A DNA stretch of 64,000 nt from Antedon mediterranea (taxonomy: Eukaryota; Animalia; Echinodermata): the NCBI RefSeq assembly GCF_964355755.1, contig NC_092674.1:15562001-15626000 (forward strand), written 5' to 3'. Each line of letters begins with the position of its first letter. Positions within the stretch are counted from its first letter, which is position 1. Below are positions 26,501 to 39,760 of this stretch, piece after piece. The translations under genes were made by a program, and so were the position numbers. The notes under the pieces were generated by a model that worked only from the letters and a program-made list of their open reading frames with translations, ran no database searches and was not told where the DNA came from.

Positions 26501-29500
26501 AAAGTAATTGATATGGTTAATGATAACGAGTCGTCGGAAGACGGACCATTTCACGAATTTCCTATTTTGTAACCATAGTGTGATTTTGCCGTAGCTGCAC
26601 TTGTAATCTGGCCTGATTTCACAGCCTTCGTTCTGCTTCACTGGGCGCTTATATAAATTGAAACTTTTACCGTTCAAGAGACAAACAAATATATTTTACA
26701 TTTTTTACTATTCATTTTAAATCCGGAACCCCCCTTTAAACAATCCCAGTCTTGAGCCTACTGTGTTGTTCTTTGATACCAACAGCAATTCAAATGATTT
26801 TAAATCTAAATTTAAAAAGGCTAAAGGACAATGTCAAACATTTTTATATACACGTTTTGCTAATTATGTGGTTTTTTAAAAACCGTTATTGCAGTACCAT
26901 CTATTGAAGTTATGGATGATTATCCTTCTAAATCACAGACAGACATAGAGACAGAAAAACCATCTTGTGATGTACCTCAAATAGACAGTATTATTGACAA
27001 GCAAGAGGTAAGGAAACATTTAAAACTAAGGTGAGAACATGCATAGCAAAATGTTTTTGCATTATCCGGTACCTAATGATGTAATGCAAAATCTAAAAAT
27101 TACACTACAGGAAGTTGATAAAGACAGCACTGCAAAGATGAAGAAGAATATATAGATAATGAGTTTATAAAACAACCTATAAAAATACAGCATCTTACCA
27201 TTTACAAATGGAATACAATACAATTTCGTTACAATAATTGGTGTAATAAATAATAATAAATTATATAAATATTTATTGATGATATATATATATTGATGAT
27301 ATAATCATCAAAAGTTACTATTAAGAAAGCTTTACAATTGACACCTATATGACATTCTGAAAAGTAGACAAGCGTTTCAAAAACGTATTGATGAAATTTG
27401 CCACCAATGTGATACAGTCTGACTCATGAACTATAATTGATGTTCTAGAAACTACCTTTTTTGGTTCTTCACTTTGGAACAGTCTCCATTTAAGAGAAAA
27501 AAGAGTGGATGGATTAAAACTGGTACTAAACAGCACACTTATGATGGATAGCTTTTTTTCTTAGAATTCAACAAATTATGAAGTAATTGAACTGAAGGAA
27601 GGATATTCTTACACTGACGAAGAAGGAAATCAAAGAGCGGATGGATCAATAACGCTTATCAAGGGACAAATGAACATAGTGGTGGACACGGGTAATGCAT
27701 GGGACAGGCAAGTCATTCTGGATGGTTAGTCATTTTGTATTATTGTTTAAACTCAATTACAGGATATTTTAAAAACAAACAATTTCTACATGTCATGGCA
27801 GTTCTATCATGGCTATTCTACAGATGTGCAACTGTCATGTATTTTTTTCGTTTGGTCAACATGCAATTAAAAAAAGTCAACTGATATAGATGCAATTCTG
27901 CACATCATTCAATTTTGTAATAAGATTTTCCAATTTTCCTACAGTACAGTGTCAACAAGTTTCTGGTTGAATTTGACCTTTTATTTTGTATTTTCATAAA
28001 GTAAACAGTGATTATTTTTTTATATTTTTTTTTTCTATGGAAATGCATTAACTTTAATAAAACTCTAAAATGACCTATTCAAAATATTTTTTTATTAATC
28101 CTTTATTTTGTTATGTTTTTGGGGCACAATACATCATTAAGTTTTAATGTAATGTTTCTTTCTAGGACTGTCAACACATAATTTAGAGCCAGACCAAATT
28201 CAGTATGTTGTTTGTACTCATGGTCATTGTGATCATGTAGGAAACCTGAACCTATTTCTGAAAGCAACACAAATTGTTGGATTTGATATCTGCATTGAGG
28301 ATAAATATGTTGATCATCCATTTGCATTGGTCAGTACATCGCTTATAAATTAATTTAAAATTGTAATATTTTGTAATTAATTTGAGGTAATTCAAATTAA
28401 AACTAGAATCAGCCTAGTTTTTTTATATATAGGCTGTAAAGAAAAAAAAATGCTATAATTTTATGTATTCTGATAATATCAGCAATTCATGATTTTTTTT
28501 GTATAATAGCTCTTCATGGGGTAGGGAGCCACATACATTTAGGCAATAAAAGAATTATCAAACTCAGAAATCCACTCTTACAACACTAGGGCCTCGCACG
28601 CCCTTCATCTTCCTTTAATCAAACTTACTTTAATTCAACACAATGTCCGATATAGTGACTTTATATTATTTAATGTACTTCCTAAGGATATTACATCTAC
28701 CCTAAATTTATTTAAGTGTATGATATCATTTATTTAATGATGATGTTTTATAAAGTCTGTGTACATTTGCTTGTTTGAAAAGCGATACAATTTCTAATGC
28801 GAAAATCACGGATTGCTAATTTGTCTGACATTTGTTTTATTATTACCACCTCCAGCTTATTCTGTTGCCACTTTCCAACCAACTAAGAATGAACAACATT
28901 TTCAATTCATATGATTCAAAACACTTTCTACTACTGAAATACTACTATATGCTTTCAATAATTAATTCTTCTATTTTAGGGTGAACCCTTTATAATAGAT
29001 GATGACATAGAAGTTATAGCAACTCCTGGTCACACACATAATGATGTTAGTGTTGTGGTTAAGAAGACTATCAAAGGAACTGTTGTAGTTGCAGGTAACA
29101 GTACTATTATTTATGGTTTTTGGAATACACAATGATGTTAACCATATCACCCTGATTAAAATAATATTATATAGACATATTACATAAAGAACAAGGTTGG
29201 CTCAAACGTAAAATTAAAGAATCAATCAGCATAAAGAAACAAGATAAAGTGATGAATAAAACCAAGAAAGCCAAAACAAATATATGCATGAAGTAGAAAC
29301 ACACTACCAAAATTGGAGTGCTTGTGGACTTTGCTTTTTGCACCCAATGGAAAATAACATGCATGTTTCTGTTTTTGAGAGATAGATTTTGCTTTACTAC
29401 AAATTTGGATAAAAAACTTCCAAGATAATCACAAATGACGAAGACTGATGCTCACCAACCCCACTCTAAAAAACAAATGTTTAAAGTGGACAAAAAGGAA

Positions 29501-30157
29501 GGAGAGAAAAGGCTCAACTTTCAGTAAAAAAAAGAAATAACATTTCTTTTAGATGATATCAAACAAACAATTTCAATGTACATTAGTGAAATAGTTTATG
29601 AGAATTTATAGTTGCTCTGCTTTTCTAACAAAATCTTTGACCTTAGTTTTAAAAGGTGAAGAATGGTAAATGAAGATGCAATTGTGAATCTGTCAAAAAG
29701 TTGTATTAATTGATTGTTTTCTATGGCAGCCAAAACATAAATTATTATTGTGTCCTCCACATACAATATATTTGATTATTTTATTACAAAATGTATTACT
29801 AATTAAGTTTTCAGAGAATGAGAACAATACAAGGTTTGTCAGTAAATAAATATATTACAGTACACATATCTAGTTTGTATTTGAAATATGATTGTTTACC
29901 CTTTATTCGACACACATCTATTTTTAAAAAACAAGGTATTTATATACTGTATTTTGTTGTTTTTTAAAGGTGATTTATTTGAGAAAATGGAAGATTTAAT
30001 AAATGCCGAGTACTGGATGTGCAACAGTGAAGATGAAAAGTTGCAAGAAAAGAGTAGAAATATAGTATTAGGCGTAGCAAATTACATAATACCAGGACAT
30101 GGGCCAGGATTTAAAGTGCCAATAAAAACAACAGAAGCTGACACAAATAAAACCTGA
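23539..30157 (+). CDS. MBLAC1: Metallo-beta-lactamase domain-containing protein 1 with an N-terminal TDP-43-NTD-like domain, 332 aa, 7 coding exons
   Basis: Exons 23539-23638, 24835-24993, 26895-27007, 27565-27724, 28166-28329, 28980-29094, 29970-30157; all GT-AG, phase-consistent, 999 nt. MBL motifs RADGSITL, VVDTG..W, THGHCDHVGNLNLF, TPGHT, AGDLFE, IIPGHG. Exons 4-7 are secure; joining exons 1-3 is a prediction. Confidence 0.9.
24325..24474 (+). repeat. 40-bp minisatellite, ~3.75 copies, in MBLAC1 coding intron 1
   Basis: Unit tacttattataaacactttaaatataatgtaatacataaa repeated perfectly. Confidence 0.95.
25160..26735. mobile_element. Non-autonomous Kolobok-like DNA transposon (TTAA TSD) in MBLAC1 coding intron 2
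   Basis: ttaa|agggggattctgggtttaaaat ... attttaaatccggaacccccct|ttaa; TIR 19/22; RR...YY termini. Confidence 0.8.
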
Positions 30158-30856
30158 AGCTTATAAATTAGAATGTTGATGAAGCCTTTAAAATATCAAA
30201 TACCTTTTGGAAAATTATCTATGTACATGCTACTGTACATGATAATACATAAAAACAGTATAGCAACAAGTAAAACACATATACTGAAGAATTCCACAAT
30301 AAAACTTAATAGCTAAAGAAATAGTTAGGTTTAATTAAATTTGCTATTTTTTTCAAAGAACTATTTTCTTCAAATGCATTGGCATGCTAGCCTACCTAAA
30401 TTTGTTATTAAAACGCTTAGTTATTCTGACAAAAATAACAGTCTGAAATGTGTTGGTTCCTTCTTAAAGTTACAGTATATATATAATATTTCAGAAATGG
30501 TTGTTCATTAACTTGGACATTATTTAAAAACGTTAACATTTCCTGTAAGTCTAATAAGAGCCTTTCTTTTTAATAAAATCTAATAATTGTATTTTTTTTT
30601 TAATGAAGCATATGAAAATAGAACTATCCTGTCCAGTAGACAGCAATAACAAGAAGAATAAGCATACCTATTACTGTATTACTCTCTTTACTCATTTTGA
30701 CAAGATTTGAATAAACATTTTTCATTATGTGAATTATAAGCCTATGATCTCAACTATTCAGGTTAATAGAATGATATGAAATCGTGCATTTACGGTACAT
30801 CAATGTGCAAACGTAACTGCGCCTATATGCAAGGCCATATACAAGGCTGCAGTCGC

Positions 30857-32298
30857 GGGTTGGTGAACATCAGTCCAAAATACGCAGAATTTTTTTCAAA
30901 ATACGTCAACTTGAGGGCGCTATACTAATCCAAAATACGTAAGTATTTCCAAAATACGTCAACTTGAGGGCGCTATAAATTATCCAAAATACGTGAATTG
31001 TCCAAAATACGTCAAATTAAGGGTGCTATTCATTTTTACAAAATACGCGATTTGTCCAAAAATACGTCAAGTTGGGACCGCTAGTAATTTTCCAAAATAC
31101 ATCAAAATGAGGGCGGCAAACTTTTCAAAAATACGAGAGCCTTTCAAAATGTATCATTAATATTGAGAGTGTAAGGTTTACAGTTTAATTTATTAGAAAA
31201 AGTTTAAGTTATAAATGAAATTTTTGGAAGGCAGAATTGTTTGTAAATAAAATGCCATAGAGTAGCCAATTTTTATTTTTCAATGTAATCATTTATTACT
31301 TGATAAAAACAAATATGTTCCAACATCAGTCAATAGGCAGTACCTATAATATACATTAATAATGTCTGCACGATGTAAGATTGCATTGCCAGACGTAGCT
31401 AGTTTAAATGAGGCATAAACCAGCTACAAAAAGAGCATGTGACAATTATAGTCATAATATGTATGTGTTATATATTTGGTGATCTACAAAATTGATATTT
31501 TTCCCGAGCTCGACAGACCTAAATCGCTTTCAATTTAATGTACTTATGGTCTAATACAAGTTACCTAATTTGAAATCTACCATAATAGTTATTTCATATA
31601 ATATAATAATAAAAAGCATAATGGTATTGTAATTCAAATAATATCAATAATTGGTTAGAAGAAGTACTAGTAATTATTTTTTTACACGAAAATGTTGGCA
31701 AAATAGCCATTGTTAAAACAGTTTAAAATGCTTCGGTTGAGCGAGAGAGATCTAAATGTAACAATATTATGATCCTCAAACTATAATATCATCTTAAATC
31801 TTGATAAAAAATAAATAATAATAATTAAAAACCATTATCGCTAACTTTCTTATTGTAGAAAATTAATAGCGTTACAAAATTTGTTTAAGTTGAATAATTT
31901 TCCTACTTTAGAAAATTAATAGTGACCTCAAGTTGAAGTATTTCAAAACAAGTTCCTCAAAAACTATTTTGGAGAAATTGCGTATTTAGGAAATTGAATA
32001 GCGCCCTCAAGTTGACGTATTTTGGAAAGACGTGACCCACGTATTTTGGATTAGTATGGCGCCCTCAAGTTGACGTATTTTAGAAAAATTCTGTGTATTT
32101 TGGATTTGATAGTGCCCTCAATTTGACGTATTTTGGACAATTCCCGTATTTTGGACAATTCCCGTATTTTGGAAAATGAATAGCGCCCTCAATTTGACGT
32201 ATTTTGGAAAGACTCGCTTTTTTTATTAGTATAGCGCCGTCAAGTTGACGTATTTTTGAAAAAAATTCTGCATATTTTGGACTGAATTTCACCAACCC
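30857..32298. mobile_element. Non-autonomous TIR element with subterminal arrays of aaaatacgtcaacttgagggcgctat
   Basis: gggttggtgaacatcagtccaaaatacgcagaatttt is mirrored at ~32262-32298; repeat arrays point inward at both ends; related fragment at ~38725-38940. No clear TSD. Confidence 0.8.
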
Positions 32299-33939
32299 TA
32301 TTGCTTTTGTTTGAATTTAATCAGTAATTTGGTCATTTTATAAAGGAAGACTTTGTTTTTTTTCCCGTTTTTTTGCTACGGAAGTGAATAATATTAAATC
32401 TACAAAATAACCTATTGAAAGTCTGATTTTATTAATCTTCATTTTTTATGTTTTTTGGAGACAATACATTTTTAAAGGTTGTTTCTACATTAGCTTGTAA
32501 CACGGTTCTTGATTTTGTATCTGCTATATTGTATTTGAAGTTAAAGTTAATAAATAATAGATAAGATAATATGTCACCTTTAACCGTACGATTACAAACG
32601 GCGCTTCGTACATTATTACACTGCCGACCCAGTTTCTTCCAATTGTATGTAAATCAGTTATTAATTAAATATACAGTATGGTTAGGCCTAAACACCAATA
32701 ATCTGAGTTGTAGGCCTACTAACATGAATGGACATTGTGGTGATTTTAGTGCCACTTATATGGTGAGTAGACCTATTAGCTGTGTAGTTAAATGATAGGA
32801 ATCCAGTCCAGTTACCATTACCATTATAGCCTGATTAAAAACCTCCTCGTTCTGTTGTTTTTATTCTGTTCACTTTAGGAGAGGCAGTATTAATCCAGTT
32901 AATCATTAATAATATACCCACCATATTGCAGTAGTATTTTTGAATTCCATATAAAGTTCAGAATGACATACTAAAAGTCATCGAAAATCCAAGCATTGGA
33001 TAAAGGGGTCAGATGTTCATAAAGGTCATTTTAAGTCAAAATTTATATGGACCATTAATTACATAAATCGAACCATTTGTAATACATTGTATACGAGTGT
33101 GCTTCATGTCATGTTAAAGCTTATTAAATTTCCTTTCCAGTGATATTATTATTGTCATAGCATTTTTTAGAAAACACAACAAATGAGTCAATTTCGCTGT
33201 AAATAACAATGTGAAACACACCCGCGTACGCATTTTCATTCCACAGAGCGATACACATGACTAGCTCAAGATGTAATAGGAGTGACATCGCCTTTATTGT
33301 TGCTTCTGGATGATCTACATTCTATTTTTTTCAGATGGCATTTTTGTTGCCATGGTTTATATTTGGAGGTATAAGTATAATATTTTGTAAGTTTTAACTA
33401 GTAGAAATACAAAGCAGTTTGATAACATCCATGTTGTAGGCCTATAATGTTACTGGGCTGAATTTTCAACAGACCCGGTGATTGAAGAGGTTCCTATGAG
33501 AAGCTTCAAAGACAACCAGAGGTTTGACAAGAGGCAGAGGAATGAGTACTTCAGACCACCAAATCATCGCTGAAATGAATGTAATGTATCAGGGCGTTAC
33601 TCCACCAGTGACAAACATAAGGACGGCCACACGTCAAAAGGAACACAATGACAATTTGGTTACGACTCGGAATCTTCATAGCATTGACACAAGAGTTAAT
33701 GCAGGTGACTCGTTAATATTGACCATGTGGTAACTGATACTGGTTTAGGTAACCGTCTACATAGAGACATCTGGTAACCATTGACATAAATTTGGCATTT
33801 AGAATAATGCTACTTTAAGTGTACCAATAAATTATACAAAGTAGTCAGTGATATAAAAGGTTGGAACTCATAGACTTGCATTTTATTCTTGGGCCTCAAG
33901 TTTAACGGGAAACTGAGGAAATATGGATTAAGCCCTTAA

Positions 33940-34190
33940 CGGACCCACGGCAGCCAGCAGTGCAGCAATAACCAGATCAGCACACCGGGAGAGACGATCC
34001 CCTATTATTTTTTCGAACAGTTCTTCAACAATCTATATATACAGTACACGGGACCAACGGCTTTACATCCCATACGAAGGACGAGGCAATGAGAGTATCT
34101 TAACTAAGGATGCAATCAATATGGTACAGATAGGCTCGAACCCATGCCTATCACATGCTAGTCCGATATTATCATTACATCATCACTCCT
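33940..34190 (-). mobile_element. tRNA-derived SINE
   Basis: Minus strand shows B-box gggttcgagcc, then a degenerate core (tccttagttaagatactc) and the block cgtccttcgtatgggatgtaaagccgttggtcccgtgt typical of invertebrate SINE bodies. Confidence 0.65.
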
Positions 34191-34196
34191 CGGTAT

Positions 34197-34302
34197 ACAC
34201 AACACCCGCTAGTTACAGACGGTCTACCACCTAGAATGCAACCGGACCCAACGTTGCTTAACTTCGGTAATCTGACGAGAACAGGGGTTTCAACGCAGTA
34301 TG
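34197..34302 (-). pseudogene. 5S rRNA-derived sequence (pseudogene or SINE head)
   Basis: Reverse complement catactgcgttgaaacccctgttctcgtcagattaccgaagttaagcaacgttgggtccggtt...gaccgtctg...cgggtgttgt follows animal 5S rRNA; the 5' end is missing and the 3' half is diverged. Confidence 0.85.
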
Positions 34303-35149
34303 AAAATTGACTTGTTTGCACAACTCTATCAAGCACTGATGCTATCTTCAGACATCGTTGTTTATTCGGTGTTGTGTAAGCATTGACTATTTTGAATGGT
34401 ATGTTAGGCCAGAAGATCTTGCAATGTATTCAAGGTCCTGGCAATAAAGTAATCTATACATACATACAGGTAATTAGACTTTCTGCATTGACCCTACTGT
34501 TCTAGCGCCTGATTACCACAAGAACAACAAGGAAGTTTTTGAACATGTGAACTTTGTTAACCAACAGCACTTTTTAAAACTACCAACATACTACTTTTGG
34601 AAAATTAACTGTACTGAACTGTAGAGAGTCCACACCCACTCAGCCCCACCATAGTTGGATGTAAGTTGAGGCGATTTTGAAAATATGGCACATCTATGGT
34701 CGGAAATGGCTCTTATTATAAATAGCCTATTAAAAGAGGGCAATTCCCCTATTATTTTGACCAGGAGCGGATCCAGCCTTTTAGTAAAAACGGGGTGGGG
34801 TGGGGGGGGGGGATGCGTGTGTAAAAACACGCGATTAGGGATAACATTGTTTGCGTTCAATGCGAACGTCAGTAGGACGTCCACGATTAAGGTAATTCCG
34901 GTACGGTCTACTTTTAACATTTAAAAAAGTGACGTGACTTCAAAGTTATCATGTTGGCCTAGTTATGTTAAATAATATACATACATATTAACACTTGCAT
35001 TTGTGATGCACCCCCAGTACGTATAACGTATGACAGAATGACGAATAGTTTTAACTTACCCACGCGAAATCAAGATAAGGCTAGGTAAAAAAGTGGTAAA
35101 AAAAGGGGAAATTATGTTACGGATTAGAAAAAGGGAAAAATAAGACACC

Positions 35150-37400
35150 CGCACCAACCATCATACTTGGAAATGTTTGTTCAATACAAAATATTTCTGA
35201 CTATAGCTACCACATACAAATTTGAGTGCAGGGATGCTAACATAATGTATTTTTCTGAAACATGGTTGAATGAACAAATACTGGACAGCGTAGTAAGCAT
35301 TGATAACTTTACCTTAACACGAGGTGATCGCAATACAAATTCGGGTAACACGAAAGAAGGAGGGATTTGCATCCATTTGAATGATATGTGATGCAATAAC
35401 TATTCTATTTTTTCTCTTTTGTGAGTGTAGCCCATTTTTTATCATGTTTTCATTCCGTGACAAAGATATAAAAAATTAAAAAAACAAAACAAACAAAACA
35501 TTTGTTGAAAAAACAACATATGTTTGTAACATATGTACTATAATATAATTAAAAAGATAGATTATATCTTTTTAAAACATAACAAAATTAGTTATATTGG
35601 CACATACCCTCTTATAAAATTTGGCCAACGTGTTGAAGCGTTGTTTTTTTGATCTATACATTTTCTTTCTTTCTTTCTTTTTCATCTTTTTGTTTTATAG
35701 ATAGAATACGATAAGTGTTAAAAAGTATTACAAAAATTAATTCAATATATCTGATTCATATTCATTAATTTCTCTTTTACAGCTGCCCTTTTATTTACAT
35801 TACAAGCATATTGATTAGCTATTAAATTCTAATTCTAATCGGAACAAGCTCCAAATCATTATTGATCTTTCTGCGGATTTAATATATTTAGATTTATAAT
35901 ACAATGTAAACAATAAATTAATTCATTTACATTCTTACTTTTTTTTTATGTGGGTTTATCCCACTTTTATTTCCATGCATATGTTCCTATCTCTTTACAT
36001 ATATTTTTCTCTAAACACATTTTCATTTCAATACACTATACATAAACAATGTTCTATAGACAGAATACATCAAATTGAAACAGAATCGCCCGATTCAATG
36101 AAATTAGTTATGTGAGATTTTAACAAATGCGATTTAAAATATGTGAATTAATTCAATATATTGAGAGAGTGGAAACCATCTTGGATAAATGCTATGGAAA
36201 CTTTAAGGAAAAATACAACGTTAAGGTATATACTCTCTGATCACAAAACCCATTTTTTGTTACATAGCTACAGATAATAATTGAAACAAAAGAAATCGAG
36301 TAGCATAAGTTATCGTACTTGGTCTATCAATTCTGTTGTTGCACACTGCGTGGATGACTCGAAAGCTCAAACTGCAACGTTTTTCTTGAAAATGATATGG
36401 ACAAGCATTTGCTGGTGCTAAATTCTTACATTGACTTCTATCTGTGTCAACTCCATTGCTCCTGAAAAAAAAAAGATTTTATCCTAACAAACCATGGATG
36501 ACAGCCAAATTCAAATTGTTAATTAACGAAAAACAGAAGACATTTGCTAACAAAAATACGGAAGTATTCAAACAAAAGCAAAAAGAAGCAAAAACCTAAA
36601 TACGGAAAAGTACTCGATGATAAAATTAGGGAAAATAACAGCAGAGGTGCCAAACATTTTATCCTTTATTTCAATTTTTTTTAACAAAACGACCGCAAAT
36701 CAATTAGAAGAACTAACAGTTCAGGAACCCGACAAGGATGTGTGTTTTCCCCAATCCTTTTCTGTTTGTACACATATGATTGCAGAAGCACATTTGAGAA
36801 TTGTTTAATAATTATATATGCAGACGATACTGTTATAACTGGATGTTTAAATTATGATGATATTATATATCTTAATGAAAGTGATAACTTTGTATTATTT
36901 AGAAATCAACATGAAAAAAACCAAAGAGATGATAATTGATTTCCGCAAGGTACAAAATAGTTTAGAATCTCTTAGAATTAAAGATGAAATTATTGAGGAA
37001 GTTAACGAATACAAATATATAATAGTTACTACTATAGACAAAAAATTCAATTTTACAACAGAAATTACACCACGTAAAGCAAATCAGTGATTGTATTTCA
37101 AAAGAAAACTATTTTAACGTAGATAAAACGATTTTAATAAATAAATCTGTTGTCCTTGGAATTTTAACTTTGGATCTATTTTAGATTGTTTTAATTGTAT
37201 GGTCACATGACGAAAAAGAACAAAAATAAACTTAAACGTACAATTAAAGCCGCTAAACGTATAAAGGAGAGGGCGTTGTTTTTGAAACCTAAGAAACAAT
37301 TTATACCAGCCGAACTAAAAAGAAAGTTATTAAGATTATTAAAGAAAAAAAAAAACCATATTAATTCATTATATCAATATAATAGATGATCAGGTTGAAC
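35150..37400 (+). mobile_element. Highly degenerate Rex1/Babar-type LINE
   Basis: FSETWL...TRGDR..SG..KEGGICI, LDKCYGN, SPILFCLYTYDC, YADDTVITG, KKTKEMIIDFRK; scattered with deletions and an AT-rich insertion. Confidence 0.75.
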
Positions 37401-39249
37401 GGTGGTAATTTTATCACTTAACTCATTTGTATTTTATTATTTTTAATGTTTTATGTATGTTAACTTTATTTATGAGCTCTGTATTTTAATGTGTCAATGC
37501 CAAGCAAAGCAATTACGAATACATATCTTATCTTATATCTTATATATATATATATCTGAGCGTGTTTTACGGCTGTAGGAGGCCTAAATGTCGTAATTGT
37601 GAGACAACAGATATGGCTACCTCTGAATTAGCACGGCGCTGAAACAATGTGTTTTAATCAAAATTGAAAGTACTTTACTTTTACTCCTATTCCCCAATTT
37701 GTTTTCCCTTATGTAGAATAGTTTTTTCACCAGATTTATTGGGGGCGGGGGGGGGGGAGGTTGGTATGGAGTTTGTGCGCCCCTCTAGATCCGTCACTGA
37801 CCTTCTGTTTGCTCATGCGATACTGGTGACACTACATCCAGAGACTTCTAAATTTTAAAAAAGTGACTCTATAAAAGCTTGTCATACTTATTTCTGGCAA
37901 TAGGCTGTAGACTTCAGATGCAAACAAGCTACAAAGGACACATCGTGTTAGTTAGAGAAAATGCTTTATAATTAGTATGTCTGTACAATAGACGACCTGG
38001 ATAAACGTGGAATGCCTTTGACTTCTTCACTTATATCGCCAACTTCAGAGTGGAGTTTATATGTGTACCAAAGATTGAGGATGGAAGATCAGTGATGGAA
38101 ACATGGTTTCTCTACACAGACTTAGACGGTACCTGAGTATATCCTTGAAGCAATCAGGTGTAACTAGAACTACATGTGGTGAATTGTACTAATGTGAATC
38201 TACCCGAACAAGAAGTGGTACTGATGACATATACATGAATCCTTTTCTATTTGAATGATTAAACAATCTATAGGCTATACAAGTTGATACTAAAATCATC
38301 TAGTAAATCAACAACCCCAAAAAATGTTAATTCAAAATTATCAAGACTCATTAATGAATAACAATAATACATGCCGCCGGTAATGGATTTTAATGTTCTT
38401 TTTCTCCTGTAGCTAGCATAATTGTTCCTATTCCATGACGATAAGTGCAGGAAAAGCATTATTTGTACCAAATACATCCCTACATCCACAATTATGGCAT
38501 AAAACATTACAGTAAATCATTTTTTTATGAAAACATTTAAGTTTTTGTAAAAGGTCAATGACCTTTTGACCTCTAGTTACTTAAATAACTGTAGGCGTCC
38601 TACCCTATGGAAAATATTACTGTTACAGAGAAAACTGCGGATTCATCACCTTTGATATATATTCTTTGCTAGTACGTAGTTAAATGATAGGAATCCTCTG
38701 GCCTCTGGCCACTAGGTACGTAATTTTGAAGGCGCTATTCATTTTTTTAAATACGCAATCTGTCCAAAATACGTCAACTTGAGGCCCTATTAATTTTTTA
38801 AAATTGGAAAATTATCCAACTTAAAACACTATTAGTTTTTTTTAAAGTTATCCGACATACCTCTAACTTGAAGGCACTTTAGTTTTCATAAAAACACGCA
38901 AATTTTCCAAAAAATATTCGAACCTTTTTTTCCAAAATACTATAAAGGATTGTATCTTCATCATTGAAAAAGTTAAAACTCATAGAAAGTAAGTGTCGTC
39001 TTTAGTTTTCGTAGTCCACCAGATGAAGATACCATCATTTTTTCATTATGTGGTAAGGATTTACACAGGGAATCTACCTGGTAATGCTTCTGTGCCCCTC
39101 TTTACCAGAACATATCATTCTTATATAGGCTGTATTTTAACGTGTGGTTTGACCAGTGTTTGTTAGTGCGGTTTTAAATTGGTTTAAATTTTGAGATTCA
39201 ATCACATTTTTTGGCAAAAAGTTCCAACAATTTATAGTTTCTGCAGAAC

Positions 39250-39760
39250 TAGGCAATAGCCAAAATCTTCACAGAATAGTGTCTGGAAATTGTGAAACAT
39301 ATGCGCTTTATAACAAAAGTCAGATAATTCACGACGTAAATCCGTAACTACCTGTGAACAACGGCGTACGTGTTCTTGTGAAAGACGTACCAATTTCTGT
39401 GCACAACGACGAAATCAGAAACTGCCTTCAAAAATTAGGATGCACAATAATCGGAACAATTCAGTATGTAAAATGTCATATAAATGGAAAACTATATGAA
39501 ATAAGTTGAATGCTTTAAAGGAAGCCTATCACGGGTCACTAAAATCAATGGCTTTGCTGCAAGGCTCTTTCACAAAGAACAGATGCTCCCAATGTAAGGA
39601 AATTGGGCATAAAGAAGTAAACTCCTGCCTTGATATCAAGTCATACACTTCCACAAAGAAGGTCACGTTGCTAAATATTGCCAAGAAACAAAAATTCCTG
39701 ACAAACAATCTTCAGTTTTGAGCAATGACGAAAGTGAAGATGAAACAACGGTGATTTTTT
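39250..39760 (+). mobile_element. Tx1/L1 ORF1 (gag-like) relic
   Basis: VRVLVKDVPISVHNDEIRNCLQKLGC and a zinc-knuckle remnant RCSQCKEIGH. Confidence 0.5.

Noticed and set aside
30870-32290. Regularly spaced ~26-bp repeats with variable spacers resembling a CRISPR array
   Set aside because: Eukaryotic context, no cas genes, spacers are short and related to each other, and the arrays are mirrored as subterminal repeats of a TIR element.
34197-34302. Functional 5S rRNA gene
   Set aside because: 5'-truncated, diverged in the internal promoter region, no T-run terminator, and not in a tandem array.
34762-37799. hAT-like ends (caggagcggatccag / ctagatccgtcactg) enclosing the Rex1 relic as one element
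   Set aside because: The TIR match is weak and there is no 8-bp TSD; these may be ends of two separate MITEs.
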